From positions 6,103,506 to 6,160,407 of the forward strand of contig NC_068995.1 in NCBI RefSeq assembly GCF_001194135.2: a stretch of 56,902 nt of DNA, read 5' to 3'. The notes under the pieces were generated by a model, which saw nothing but the letters and a program-made list of their open reading frames with translations, was not told the origin of the DNA and did not search any database. The translations under genes were made by a program, and so were the position numbers. The DNA is from Octopus bimaculoides. Taxonomy: Eukaryota. Of this stretch, positions 13,563-27,244 are shown one piece after another; positions within the stretch are counted from its first letter, which is position 1; every line of letters begins with the position of its first letter.

Positions 13563-14454
13563 ACTCTTTTCACACAACACCTTTAAATGAAGCAGTCTTA
13601 GTTTGTGGTAAATTGCTCCCAATATTGTGACGAACACTGTTTGTTTTTGTAGTTGGTGTTGTTATTGTATGTTGTTTTTTTTTGGTGATTTTAATCTAGA
13701 ATATAATCAGCATCATTATATTTCAGATGTGACTATCCTGTCTTTTTTTCTGAGAATATTTTGCGATGTTCTCTATTCGTTTTTATACGCATTATACTCT
13801 TCCCGTTTATCCGTCATTGTATATGTGCGATAATCTGTTGGAGATAATCTGTATACTGGAAGATATCACAATTCTGCTAACCAAATGTTTTGCTCCTGAT
13901 TCTCTCTCCAATGTACGGTCTTTATCTTCTGCTGTCGTAAACCAATGCCATACGCGTGAAAAGCACACTATCGCATACCGGCTCCTTTATACGTGCATTA
14001 CAATACTCGCAAGCCGTAAGCTGGTGAAAGCCACCGTTTGGATTTTAATTATTTTCTCAGCCGCTAACGAAGGTACGAGTCTGTTGCTAATGCACTTTAT
14101 TTCTTCTTCGTTGTTAACGCATTTCGCAGCGGCTTCCTGTTAGTACAAATTACGGCTCATATATAAGCATCTCATTTTGTTGCTAATGCATATTACAGCT
14201 CATGCAACTAGGGAACTTCGCATCATCTTGCAGTAAACACAGGTTACTGCTCTCAAAAAGAATTCGTTGCTAATCCATTTTACAGTTTTTGTTGAGAACT
14301 TTAATGCATGTTGCAAATATACGCTTCGAATCAGTCTCATGATCTGGTAGGATTTGCACTTTTTAAAAAAGAAAAATGAATGGCGAAATCTTTAAGATAT
14401 TTAAACCTACCCTGGTTTCTATTCTCGTTGTCATACTATGATTTTGCAAATAGA

Positions 14455-14615
14455 CATAAAAATTCAAATATGGCTAAAGGCTGCACTACTTAATATGAAC
14501 CCCAGGATTTGCGAAGATTGGAAGACAATGTCGACCTCGATGCGATTTGAACTCAGGATGTAAATGATCGTGAATTAACATGACAGGGCTATTGTCTCCA
14601 ACACATCTGCCAAAT
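14455..14615 (-). mobile_element. SINE family A, strongly degenerate
   Basis: atgtcgacctcgatgcgatttgaactcaggatgtaa resembles the reverse complement of gttctgagttcaaattccgccgaggtcgac. Confidence 0.5.
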
Positions 14616-14679
14616 TAAAATGAATTTACTCATGCATAAGCGCAATAGATGTGTGTGTATATATATATATATATGTATG

Positions 14680-14754
<75 letters not shown>

Positions 14755-15708
14755 NNNNNNNNNNNNNNNNNNNNNNNNNNNNNNNNNNNNNNNNNNNNNN
14801 NNNNNNNNNNNNNNNNNNNNNNNNNNNNNNNNNNNNNNNNNNNNNNNNNNNNNNNNNNNNNNNNNNNNNNNNNNNNNNNNNNNNNNNNNNNNNNNNNNNN
14901 NNNNNNNNNNNNNNNNNNNNNNNNNNNNNNNNNNNNNNNNNNNNNNNNNNNNNNNNNNNNNNNNNNNNNNNNNNNNNNNNNNNNNNNNNNNNNNNNNNNN
15001 NNNNNNNNNNNNNNNNNNNNNNNNNNNNNNNNNNNNNNNNNNNNNNNNNNNNNNNNNNNNNNNNNNNNNNNNNNNNNNNNNNNNNNNNNNNNNNNNNNNN
15101 NNNNNNNNNNNNNNNNNNNNNNNNNNNNNNNNNNNNNNNNNNNNNNNNNNNNNNNNNNNNNNNNNNNNNNNNNNNNNNNNNNNNNNNNNNNNNNNNNNNN
15201 NNNNNNNNNNNNNNNNNNNNNNNNNNNNNNNNNNNNNNNNNNNNNNNNNNNACCACCACCATCACCTCAACCAACAACAACAACATGAATAGCCTATCAG
15301 TTTCCCATCAACCCATTTCCACATATTTTTCCTTGAACTTCCTTCTAAGGTGATTTTAAAATTTTAAATCTATCACACAATACTTTTAAATTACGTTGAA
15401 TATTTTCTGTTCATCTCAGCGTTATATAGACGTAGCTGTCTCATTACCATCACAGAATTCGTTCTGTCATTCCTTTGATGGTGTTGTATCTGCTCTGTGT
15501 CCAATAGCGTTTGTCAATAACACTTGTGATCAGCAACACACTCGCATTATGTGTGTGAGTCTGATATGGTGTGTATGGGTGCGTGTGTGTATGTTTGAGT
15601 TCTGCGCGACTGAATTAGTGCAGTGTGTGCTAATGGGTGCATGTGTGTATTTGCTTTCATTCATTCCTTTTTCTTTTTCGTTTTTATCTTTGCTTTGTTC
15701 TGTCTAAT

Positions 15709-15757
<49 letters not shown>

Positions 15758-15941
15758 TCCTCCTTCGAAATTTGTGCATATGTGAACGACAAACATACAT
15801 ACACGCACCTATATATACACGCATATAATGGAGCGCAACGAACAAAGACAAGTATATATATATATATATATATATACGCATATTCATATACAAACATATA
15901 TATATATGTGTGTGCGTATATATGCAAATATATATGTGTAA

Positions 15942-15986
<45 letters not shown>

Positions 15987-16619
15987 CATATATATGTACA
16001 TGCAAACACAAACTCAAACACTTATACAAATGCATACGTACATAAAAGTATCACATAAAGAATGCACACATATATAAATACACATACACGCACACACATC
16101 AACATATACGCATAAACCAATGCGTATATGCTAACATAGAAGCCCTAAACACACGTAGCTGTACATACATAGAAACACAGAAACACAATCTCATAAACAT
16201 ACACGAATACATACACACTATGACAAACATACATAAATATATATATACAGAAGCACACTAACATAAAACCACACTCCAGTGCAAAGCGGAGCGTATCTTC
16301 CACAATTCCACGTCAATTATCTGATCAATTTACTGTATTTCCCATAAGATATACATTTGCACTATCATTATACATAAACTTAGAAACACGCACGCAGGAA
16401 TATATATATATATATATATATCCCCACACATGCAAATCATACATATATACACACCATGAATACACACACATTTTAAACCAGTTTTGTTTTCCCGCTACTT
16501 AATTACATGTTGTTGCAAAAGATCTCATCATAGGGCTTCACACTGTTAAATAAAGTGCCACGTTACACATTCCCAACCCTAAGGATGATGCGGAAACAAC
16601 TATTTTAAAAGCAGAGGCT

Positions 16620-16889
16620 ACATGCATACTCATTCACATACACACATACACACAAACGTTCATATATGTGTGTGTGTGTGTAGATTTATATATTTATATA
16701 TAGATACACACACACATATGTATACACGAACACACACACACACACACACATATATATTTATATATATATATATATATATATATGTGTACACTTATAGTTA
16801 TATTCAAATGCATAGACATACATATACATATATATACATGAAAATAAATTATATAGATACATATATGTATACATACCTGCATGTGCATA

Positions 16890-16921
<32 letters not shown>

Positions 16922-17136
16922 CACACACATACATATACATATATATATATATATATACGCATATACATACATCTAGATATGAATATATATGCATAGATAT
17001 ATGTATATATATAAATGCATATAAATACATATATAAATTGTATATATAGGCGTATATATATATGTACATATGTATGTATCTATATATACATATATACGCA
17101 TATATATGCGTTTATATATGTGTATATAAATATGAT

Positions 17137-17178
<42 letters not shown>

Positions 17179-17180
17179 TG
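16620..17180. repeat. Degenerate (TA)/(CA)/(TG) low-complexity tract
   Basis: Direct read. Confidence 0.9.
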
Positions 17181-17804
17181 TGTGTGTAAACGTTCAAAGG
17201 CGCATCGAACATGTAATATCTCCTTACAAGACAAATCAAACTTTAAAATGCTCAGCACCTGCTCTAACACCAACACCAACACCAACACCACCCAGGCCAC
17301 CATCTCCGTATCATCAATGAGATATAAAACCAAAAAAAATATATGGAAAAAATATACGCGGTAACCATTTTGTTTATCCGGGAGCTATATCTAATCCACA
17401 TTGGAAAATAATACAGAAGCTCGCCATTATTTTAGTAAATGTTTCCCTGGTCGAGTGAACATTATGATATCCCAATAAATGAGACAGCAAATATTTTATG
17501 CTGTACTTGATCATGTTGTATGCTTTTTTTTTATATAGAAACGTCACAGTTCATATATTAGCATTAGTATTAACTAATTGACCGGAAACATCAACACAAT
17601 CATTTCAAATGTTGTTGATTTTGCAGTTGTTTGTGGTTGTTTTAGTTGGTAATGGATTCAACTCCAGGTCATTTCCCTGATGGAAAATATCAATGGTGAA
17701 ATACACTGCGGCGATGGTCATCCTACCCTTATCCAATTTCCACAAGACTGCACAAGTAATAAATTACTAAGAATTGTAATTGTCTGTTATTATGTTCTCG
17801 GGGT

Positions 17805-17970
17805 GTTTAGCCCCAGGTCATCCAATGAGCAGCAGGTTTATGGGAGAAAATCTTTTAACCATTACTATTCTGACGCTATTTTCATTGCTTTACTCGATTC
17901 ATATTGTCAACTGTGATATTATTTTAAGAAGGTAGTGTGTGATTTGAGAAAGATTTAGCTGCTATAACAG
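17805..17970 (-). mobile_element. Dispersed repeat family C copy
   Basis: gtttagccccaggtca... and ...gtgtgtgatttgagaaagatttagctgctat are the reverse complements of the two ends of the 40810-40985 copy. Confidence 0.55.
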
Positions 17971-18074
17971 GCATCGTATGCGGTGATAATGTATTTTGTC
18001 TGTTGGCATTGTGAATGAAATAAACGTTTCTGAATAATAGGCAACAATAACATGAATACGAACGTTAATATCAC

Positions 18075-18224
18075 TTTCAAATTTTTGTACTAGATCAGCT
18101 AAGCATTTTGCTCGGTGTGCTAACATTTCTGCCAGCTCTCAGCCTTGAAAGAAACTTTGATATCCTCTCTGCTAAAGGCAGAATGCCTGAAATTTGACTA
18201 ACGATTCTGCCAGATCACCGCCTT
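18075..18224 (-). mobile_element. Two tandem, internally deleted SINE A copies (head joined to tail)
   Basis: Minus strand: aaggcggtgatctggcagaatcgttag+tcaaatttcaggcattctgcctttagcagagagg, then aaggctgagagctggcagaaatgttagcacaccgagcaaaatgcttagc+..tagtacaaaaatttgaaag. Confidence 0.6.
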
Positions 18225-18239
18225 AAAAAAGGGGATATT

Positions 18240-18595
18240 TTCAACAACTGCAACCACAACCATCAACAAGAACAACTTCAACAATAATGGCAATAAAAAA
18301 AACAAGAGCAGCAGGAACGTCGACAATGAACACAACAGCAACAGTAAGACAAACTACAGCATTGGTAACAAAAATAGTAATAAAAATAATAACAGTAGCA
18401 AAACAACAATAATAGCAACTACAACAATAATGTCGACATCAACAACAAAAAGAGTAAATTTAACGGCATCAATAAACTGCAACAATCACAACATCAGTAA
18501 CAACAAAAATAAAAAATAAAAACAGCATTTACAAAAACATGTCGCAGCAGCAACAAGTACAACAGCAACGTCGATATCAACAACAACGAAATAAC
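18240..18595. repeat. Degenerate (AAC)/(AAT)n trinucleotide tract
   Basis: Direct read. Confidence 0.8.
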
Positions 18596-19460
18596 ATATT
18601 GAAATCAATAAATCTTATGTTTTATGACTGACCTACTTATCTCTAACAAATATCAGACTTGAAATACTTTTAAAAGCTTTCATAATTTGAGCAGTCGTTC
18701 TTAATTATCAATGATAAGCTACACTAATTAACAATGATATGTGTAATCATAGACAAATCTGAGACTGCCATTTTGTCCTTCTCTAACCAAATTCTGTCTT
18801 TGTGATATACAGATCTATACGTCGATATCTGAACTGGTGTATAAATTCAATAAAATTCTTCTAATAAAAATCTACCAATAACGATGTCTAAATACGGTCA
18901 TACGTCATGGCAGAAATAATAGCCACATTAACTACATACAATGAAGGACATAGTTCATTGTCCAGTTTGGAGGACCAAACGTCATTGACCCATGATATAA
19001 TCTGTTCCAAACAGACAAATCCTGAAAATGGGTTAATACTTCCGCTAATAGACTTTTCCGCTTTGTCGATGGCTTCTTCATGTAACCACCTTACATCCTA
19101 CGTCCTACTGCCTCCCCTACTTCCTCCTCCTCCTCTCCTCCTCGTACCTTCACTTCTGATTGACAGAATCCTTAATGCATTGCGATATTTGGTCCCAATC
19201 TATGCGTTCTGAGTTCAAATATCATCAAAGTTAAATCCACATTTCATCTTGGTTGGAGAAATGGTGAATAAAAAATATTTTTATTGAAATACCCGGATCG
19301 ATATAATCGATTGTCTCCGGTACCTAGCATGGATTGACAGAATGGACTGCAGTATACGTTTTCAGTTTTTAACATTCTGAGCTCAAATCGAGCTGAGGTC
19401 AACTTTACGGTTCGTGACTTCGATGTCGAAAAATAAAATTGTAGAAATACTGGGACAATA

Positions 19461-19690
19461 ATGCTATCATTCCTAGGGCACCTATGACAAGTATTGTGTT
19501 AGTCTTGAGGTTCCACATTTTGCCAATTTCTATTTCAAGATCTTTATACTTGCTCAGTTTTTGGTAGGTTTTGACAGACACATTTATGTCTATTGAGACA
19601 GTCATATCGATGAGGAGGCATGATTTTTATCTGAAGTCCTTCAATATATTGTCTGGTCTATCTGCATCAATTTTACTCTTAGTTTCATCA
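19461..19690 (-). mobile_element. RLE-type (R4/Dong/NeSL-like) non-LTR retrotransposon, endonuclease-domain fragment
   Basis: IDADRPDNILKDFR*KSCLLIDMTVSIDINVSVKTYQKLSKYKDLEIEIGKMWNLKTNTI.VIGALGMI: the PD..D..K restriction-like endonuclease signature plus KY.DL and VIGALG motifs. Confidence 0.85.
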
Positions 19691-19699
19691 TCCGACCGG

Positions 19700-19795
19700 G
19701 TCTCAACCAGAGACCTAAGGCACGTATATATTAGAAACTTTCTGAGAATGTGGTTCGTTGATGTCAACACAATCTTTTGAGTCTCGTGGCTTGTT
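19700..19795 (-). mobile_element. RLE-type LINE C-terminus and start of 3' UTR (separate fragment)
   Basis: ETQKIVLTSTNHILRKFL, the terminal helix typical of these ORFs, followed by ccttaggtctctggttgagacccgg. Confidence 0.65.
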
Positions 19796-19998
19796 TAATT
19801 CCCAAGGAGGTTAGCTGGCAGAATCGTTACCACGCCGGACAAAAAGTTTACCACTGAGTTGATGATTATGCTTTCAGCATTCGTTTTTAGGTCAAGCGTG
19901 CTGAGTCACCTCCATGACGGTTCTGATCTTTTAATTTGTTAGTTTAACGGGTGAACTGGCCATGTGATTGACTTTGGTTGCCTATTCGCGACCGGAAA

Positions 19999-20545
19999 TC
20001 ATAGGCGCTCTCCAGCCCATTTTTTGGTAAATTCCACTGCATTAGTAATATACTGTAGAAGGTCTTGTTTGCTGTTTGCCAAATATTTTGCCATGTTTCT
20101 TATTTCATTATTGATGCACTCCCATACGCTAATTAGCCCACGTCCACCTTTAACCCTCTTCGTGTAGAGCACGTGTACATTTGTCTTAGGCTGAAAGACA
20201 CTACGCATTGTCATTGCCTTTCGGTTAGTGCGATCGAGCTGTTTAATCTCCGCTTGTGTCCATTTCAGGATGGGTGCACTATAGCGGACTACAGCAACAG
20301 CCCATATGTTGATGGCAGTCACAAGGTTCCTTGAGTTGAGTCTTGATTTCAAGAGAAGTTTGAAACGCTTCAAATAAGCAGTGATGACCCTGTGTTTCAT
20401 TTCTCTGTACAAGATATTATCCAGCTCCAGGATTCCAAGATACTTGTTCCCATCATCATTCGGGTCTTCCAGTCTCACCCCGCTGGGCAATTCTACGCCC
20501 CTACAATCTTTTACTCTCTCTGTTTGGCCATTCTATGTGACTACA
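19999..20545 (-). mobile_element. RLE-type (R4/Dong-like) LINE, RT C-terminal / thumb fragment
   Basis: GVELPSGVRLEDPNDDGNKYLGILELDNI..LLKSRLNSRNLVTAINIWAVAVVRYSA..WTQAEIKQLDR..LYTKRVKGGRGLISV. Open for about 163 codons and adjacent to a (TAA)n run. Confidence 0.9.
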
Positions 20546-20556
20546 ATGTTCACTTA

Positions 20557-20557
20557 C

Positions 20558-20593
<36 letters not shown>
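20557..20593. repeat. (TTA)n/(TAA)n microsatellite abutting the RLE fragment
   Basis: Direct read. Confidence 0.95.
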
Positions 20594-21689
20594 GATTCAT
20601 TGTCACTGTCAGAATCACCGCTGCCACCGCTCCTGTGTTCGAATATTAAGAAAATTGCTTCCAGCGATCTGATGCAAAGCATGTCGATACAGATGACTTA
20701 TTTAACAAACAGTTTGTGCATATATATATATATATATATTGGAATGCACGTATATGTTTGCATATACTGAAGATTATGTAGACACCAATGAATAATTTTA
20801 GGAGATATGTAAATAAAAACTAAAGACATCCACTAAAAACTAATATATTCACATGTGCGTATGTATACGAGTTTGTAAGTCTGTACAGTAAAAAAAATCA
20901 TAACTTAATATAAAATAAATATACAAACGGAAAGGTAAAAACAAAAATAACGTTTGTCTGAGAAATTTTTCGATGAAGAATTTTGCAGACGAATAAATTT
21001 TATTGCAATCATTACATGTCTTGGAAAATGTTGGTATTTTTTATAAATTTTATTAACTTCGATTGTGCTGGTTCTATAGAGGAAAATATTTCTGAAATTG
21101 TACGACGTATATAAATATTGGAAATACAATATGTAGAAGACATATATAAATCCAATGCATAGTTAGACTCATATAAACTCACATGCATATATATGTGTGG
21201 ATAGATTTAAGTATATGTTGGTGCATATTCACACACACAAACACAAACACATAAACGTATATATATAGAGAGAGAGATGGAGAAAGATGGAGGGAGGGAA
21301 AGAGAGACAGATATTGGAAATGTAATTCATAGCTGACACATTTACACAGGCACACTGCAAACGTGTATCGTCAAGAAGATTCACACACATATACACGCCA
21401 TTATATACACATATGTCATACATCATACATATATATCCGTATACATTAAGTATACATAGTCGATAGAATGTGTAGCTCAGAGATGAAGCAGTCTCTTCAC
21501 ATCAAGCCGCTACTTCACCGCATTCCGTAATCACAGTTCGAGTACTACTGTGGACGCGTGATTAGAATGTCGCACGAAAGACTCGCGAGACGGATTCCCG
21601 AAGCGAAACGGCAGGACACCTTTAGATATACCAAAACTGGAAAAGTTTGGATAATATCCATAATCTCATTTGGTCACACTGAGGAATTC

Positions 21690-22195
21690 AACCGGGAAGC
21701 ATGCTGATGGTTGCATCAAATAGGGTCCTAAGATGGAGGTGACGGAATTGACAACATATCCACTGAGGTTGAAGTGGTTGAAGAAATTTCAGAATTGCAG
21801 CTTGGCATATAATCTTTCCCGATGGTATTTCGCTTGAGGTTTTCAAAATAGATAGTCCATCTCTGATACAAAAATTCCTTTGTACGTGCTGGGGGTGGGG
21901 CTGTCGAACGCAAGATTTGAAAGATACTAGACTAGTGCATCTGTACAAGGGCAATGTCCAGTTACGACACCTATCGCAGGATCTCTGTTTTAGGTATCAC
22001 TGGCAAGATCCCCGCCAAGGTCAACATGAATAGGTTGAATGTTCACCTTCTTGATGAGACTTCTAGAAATCCAATGTAGTTTTCGTTGGAACAAAAGGAC
22101 GATCGACATATTCGCTGCAAGACAGATTGAAGAGAAATGTAAAGAACAAAATATGGATCTCTACATTCTATTTGTCGACCTCATTAAGGCTTGTG
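21690..22195 (+). mobile_element. RTE-clade LINE reverse transcriptase fragment (decayed)
   Basis: Mixed frames: TEVEVVEEISELQLG..DGISLEVFK..QDLKDTRLVHLYKG..YRRISVLGITGKI..NRLNVHL..IDIFAARQIEEKCKEQNMDLYILFVDLIKA (RT 'FVDL.KA' motif). Ends abruptly after that motif. Confidence 0.88.
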
Positions 22196-22309
22196 TCCAT
22201 TATGCAGCTGTCATTATGCATCTGATTTCTGCCTCGGATCCCGTATAAGAGTTCACAACTGAAGAAAGTCCCTGGTTGGAGTTTATCGAACACGATAGTC
22301 AACCAACAA

Positions 22310-22403
22310 CATATGTATTTACATATGTATGTATGTATGTATGTATGCATGTATGCATGTATGTATGTATGTATGTATGTATGTATTATGCATGTATCCA
22401 TCC

Positions 22404-22454
<51 letters not shown>

Positions 22455-22465
22455 CGTGTGTGTGC

Positions 22466-22504
<39 letters not shown>

Positions 22505-22520
22505 CCTATCTATATATCTA
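22310..22520. repeat. (TATG)n and (CTAT)n tetranucleotide microsatellites
   Basis: Direct read. Confidence 0.95.
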
Positions 22521-23219
22521 TTTAGCAGTCTGTGAATTATATATATACATGACAGTAAAGATTACATTAGTGAGAGAGAATCAAATGGTGCATCGTTTAG
22601 TGGTGTTATACGCCATCATATTTATTAGTTGGCCGTCAACTGGAATTTTTAGCTGACGCTATTTTCAGAACCTTAAGCTGTAAATGATATTAACTGCACT
22701 ACTAATAAATAAGATATTATTTCCATTTGTCTACTGTATACAATGTGGTCGATTATTTATGTAGAAAGTTCAGTCCATGACTAATTAATGCATACTACAA
22801 TAGAGTAGTCACTATATGTATATCAGGCGTAAGCGCAATATAGAGGGAACTTGTCATCACAGAAAATTGTTATATTAGGATGACAGATGGCAAATTTAGG
22901 GAAAGATTGATTGCTATGTCCCTTCTTTCAGAAACATGAATAAACGAGTTACAACAACACTCTCGCTTTTATCGAGTGTTTAAAGAGATTCAGGCTACAA
23001 GAACAGCATGATCGATGAAACATGAAGGCGTTACAGAATATTAACAGAAGCCGCGGCCTATAGATAGAAAATGGGTGTTAACATAGAACTCACCACAACC
23101 GGAGGTTATTGAAATGCTATTTCTAATGCAGGAAAAAAAGAAACAAAAAATTTGCCGGACCAAACTAGTCGTAAATACTTTGAACAGCCATCGTCTTTAA
23201 AAACCAGTGAGACATATGT

Positions 23220-23220
<1 letters not shown>

Positions 23221-23301
<81 letters not shown>
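23221..23301. repeat. (CA)n microsatellite
   Basis: Direct read. Confidence 0.97.
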
Positions 23302-23304
<3 letters not shown>

Positions 23305-24902
23305 ATATAAATATATATATGTATGTGTGTATATGGTTTAGTTATGGCATATTCTGTTAAGAACGTAGTAGAATCATCCTGTGCTATCCTATTGTAAAAT
23401 GGAAGAAAACCTAAAATCGAAGGACAGGTTCCAAATACATATGATGAATAAGTATAGACGAAATATAAGTCAATTAATACATTAAAATTAAAATTTAAAA
23501 TGTTCATGCTGTATTACATGAATATTTTTTCAGCAGTATATACGCTTCCTAAACCATTTATATTATACATATATACACGAAAATACACAGATGAATGTAC
23601 ATATTTATATACATATTTAGACATACATATATATAAGACAGAAATATATACACAAATACACACATATACATATATATACGCATACATGCACGCATACAAA
23701 TCTCATACACAAATACATATATACATATATGCACGCATACATGCACGCGCACAAAACATGTGAGTGTACGCGTGTTCGTGTGTGCGTGAGTACGTAAGTA
23801 GATATATATATATATATGTTTAAGTGTGTGTGTGCGCACACTAGCATCTGTGTATGTATATACGCGCGAGTAACTACTATTAAAATCAAGCCACGACATA
23901 CAGAGAGGGCGTTCTTGAAGCGGGGGATTTTAAACTTACGGAGACAAAAATTATACATCACCTGAAGAAACACAACTAGATCTCATAATGTAGTTATGCC
24001 CGTAATGCGCTTAATATATAAATTAGTCTATCGAATAATATTGGCCCTCTAAACTTAGGGTGTATTTAAGCATTGTCTTCGTGGATAGTTCCTGGGCTGG
24101 ATGTTGTTCTGAAGAAGGAGAATAAGTCCTGAAATGTGGATATACACCCATTACCTATTGTCTTTCAATGTTCCATCACATTGCTTAAATGGGCGTCCTA
24201 ACTTTTAGTGCAGGATTTAAGGTCTATAGTAAACCTGCAGACATAAGTGTATCACGCCGCTAATATGTTGATAAGGCACAGTATTATCTACTACCGTTAA
24301 TATACTTGGTAGTATATATATATATATATATATATATNNNNNNNNNNNNNNNNNNNNNNNNNNNNNNNNNNNNNNNNNNNNNNNNNNNNNNNNNNNNNNN
24401 NNNNNNNNNNNNNNNNNNNNNNNNNNNNNNNNNNNNNNNNNNNNNNNNNNNNNNNNNNNNNNNNNNNNNNNNNNNNNNNNNNNNNNNNNNNNNNNNNNNN
24501 NNNNNNNNNNNNNNNNNNNNNNNNNNNNNNNNNNNNNNNNNNNNNNNNNNNNNNNNNNNNNNNNNNNNNNNNNNNNNNNNNNNNNNNNNNNNNNNNNNNN
24601 NNNNNNNNNNNNNNNNNNNNNNNNNNNNNNNNNNNNNNNNNNNNNNNNNNNNNNNNNNNNNNNNNNNNNNNNNNNNNNNNNNNNNNNNNNNNNNNNNNNN
24701 NNNNNNNNNNNNNNNNNNNNNNNNNNNNNNNNNNNNNNNNNNNNNNNNNNNNNNNNNNNNNNNNNNNNNNNNNNNNNNNNNNNNNNNNNNNNNNNNNNNN
24801 NNNNNNNNNNNNNNNNNNNNNNNNNNNNNNNNNNNNNNNNNNNNNNNNNNNNNNNNNNNNNNNNNNNNNNNNNNNNNNNNNNNNNNNNNNNNNNNNNNNN
24901 NN

Positions 24903-24946
<44 letters not shown>

Positions 24947-25676
24947 CCTAGGAGTGAATCAGCTGAAATAGTGAGAAAATATCTACATACACTTCAGCTT
25001 TCTCCTCAATACACCTATCTTTCTAGACTCTATTAAATGCTATCGATTCACTGAAATTATTATATGAAATAGTTTGAAAACACTTTTCAAATTATACGAT
25101 TAAAATTCCGTAAGATATTCAAGCAAAGATCAACACAAAATTAATATCGTATTTAATGATTTTGTTTTTGGCTTCCACTGACTCCTTAACGTCAATTAAA
25201 TCACAATTTCACACAAGTATACTGTGTTTGTGTCTATTAATGTTAATAAGGACATAAATTATTGGTTAGATAATGTGATACTGTACAGTTCAATATAATT
25301 ACACTCTACATATGTAATATATATATACAGACAAGCATATACACACACACACACAGGCACACACGTGTGTGTGTGTATGTGTGACAGTTTATGTATTTAT
25401 GAGATTGTGTGGGATAATTCCCAGCTGAGATTTATAAACAATTAAGACGAATGTGAAATGTAAATTACAAAATCGATGCCATAATGACAGTTATTTAATA
25501 AAACGAGATATATGGCATGAAATAAAAACGGTAACATGGACGTGATTACATGTAATCTTCGTCTCTCTCTCTCTCTCTCGCTCTCTCTCTCTCTCTCGCT
25601 CTCTCTCTCTCTCTCGCTCTCTCTCTCTCTCTCGCTCTCNNNNNNNNNNNNNNNNNNNNNNNNNNNNNNNNNNNNN

Positions 25677-25717
<41 letters not shown>

Positions 25718-26046
25718 TCTTCTTTGTGTATGTGATTGAGAATATGTGTGCGTTTGTGTGTGTATGTGTGTGTGTGTATGTAAGTGAGTGATAGAGAAAG
25801 AGATAGAGTAAATCATGTAAAGCAACAGAGTACTTCTCAACTCATCTGTGTGATGTACAACTCACTCAAAGTGCTCAACGAGTAATTATAAATAAATTGC
25901 CCAGACCATGATATAAGCAAAGATATAAAATGGCAAAAATCATAAAATTTCAATACAGCGTGTAAATAAAATATCACAGGCTCTTCGGGTGCATACACAC
26001 ACATGGATGCAGGCAACATGCAGAGATCTGCACAAATTATGCAATC

Positions 26047-26082
<36 letters not shown>

Positions 26083-27203
26083 CTTCCAGATAATTTGATT
26101 TGTCATCCACGCATTACTGAAAATATTTATTTCTTTACTGCATACAGGAGGGCCTAAACATAGTGGGGACAAACGAGGACAGACATCGTTTAAAGTCGAA
26201 ATAATCTTGAAGACATTTTCCCAAGAAGCGCTTACCGCGCCCGATCCGGAAGACATGCGCGCCTACGATACCATCGTATTATCGAAAAGGATATTTCACA
26301 ATCTTCCTTTCCTACGGGTAGGAATAGGACAACGAAATACGTTTTGAAAGAGGAATGTTTAAATTTTCTGGTTTGGAGTATGAGACTCTTATAACATCAC
26401 TTTTAAATGAATGTATTCAGTCTGCTGTTTCTCACCAGAAAAAAAATCACATTTATTTCAATATTTATTTCAATAATACAAAATAGAAATAATAGATTGT
26501 CAGTCAACATAAGTTTTGTATTTAATTAAACTACGTCCTGAATTTAAAAAAAAAACAACTAAGCTAATTTCCCTATCATCCTATCGGGATAGATGAAACA
26601 CAAGGTAAGCTCTAGTGTTGGTTCAACTATATTTACCGTCATACCTCTGCCCGGATATATGGTCACGTGGCAATGTAATAAACCAGTATTTGGTACAAAA
26701 TAGAAAAACTAGAATTGAATGTTAGTTTAAGGAGTTAATCTGTTCGTTGTTACCTTTTACCTCGACTATCGTGCTTCTCACCAACAATTTTGGACTTCTG
26801 GCAAGAAGGTCATGCCAGGTGACGATTGTTAGCTGCTCTTCTATATATAGAGAAAGAAATGGTTAGAGAGTTGTAACGCTTAACCAATTCAATTAGTCTT
26901 GTAGGGGTAGGTAATTCAGCTGATATACTTCTTTGTCTACCTTAAGTTCAAGTTCCATTCGCAGCTATTTATGTTTCACATAAGTTGATTAATGCGCATT
27001 AAATGTATGTTTTGTGTCAACAAATTAAATTTCCGCTCCTTGCATCGAGTTCATTTCGTGAAATGATAAGGAGTGAGAGAGCAACAAGAGATTAATAAAA
27101 GATACCCAGAAACAAGTCATAATTTAAGCGCTAAACGAAAGTCACAGTAAGCTAACTTGATAAAACGATTGACACATGTTTCTTTACCTTTTAAAATACA
27201 GCA

Positions 27204-27244
<41 letters not shown>

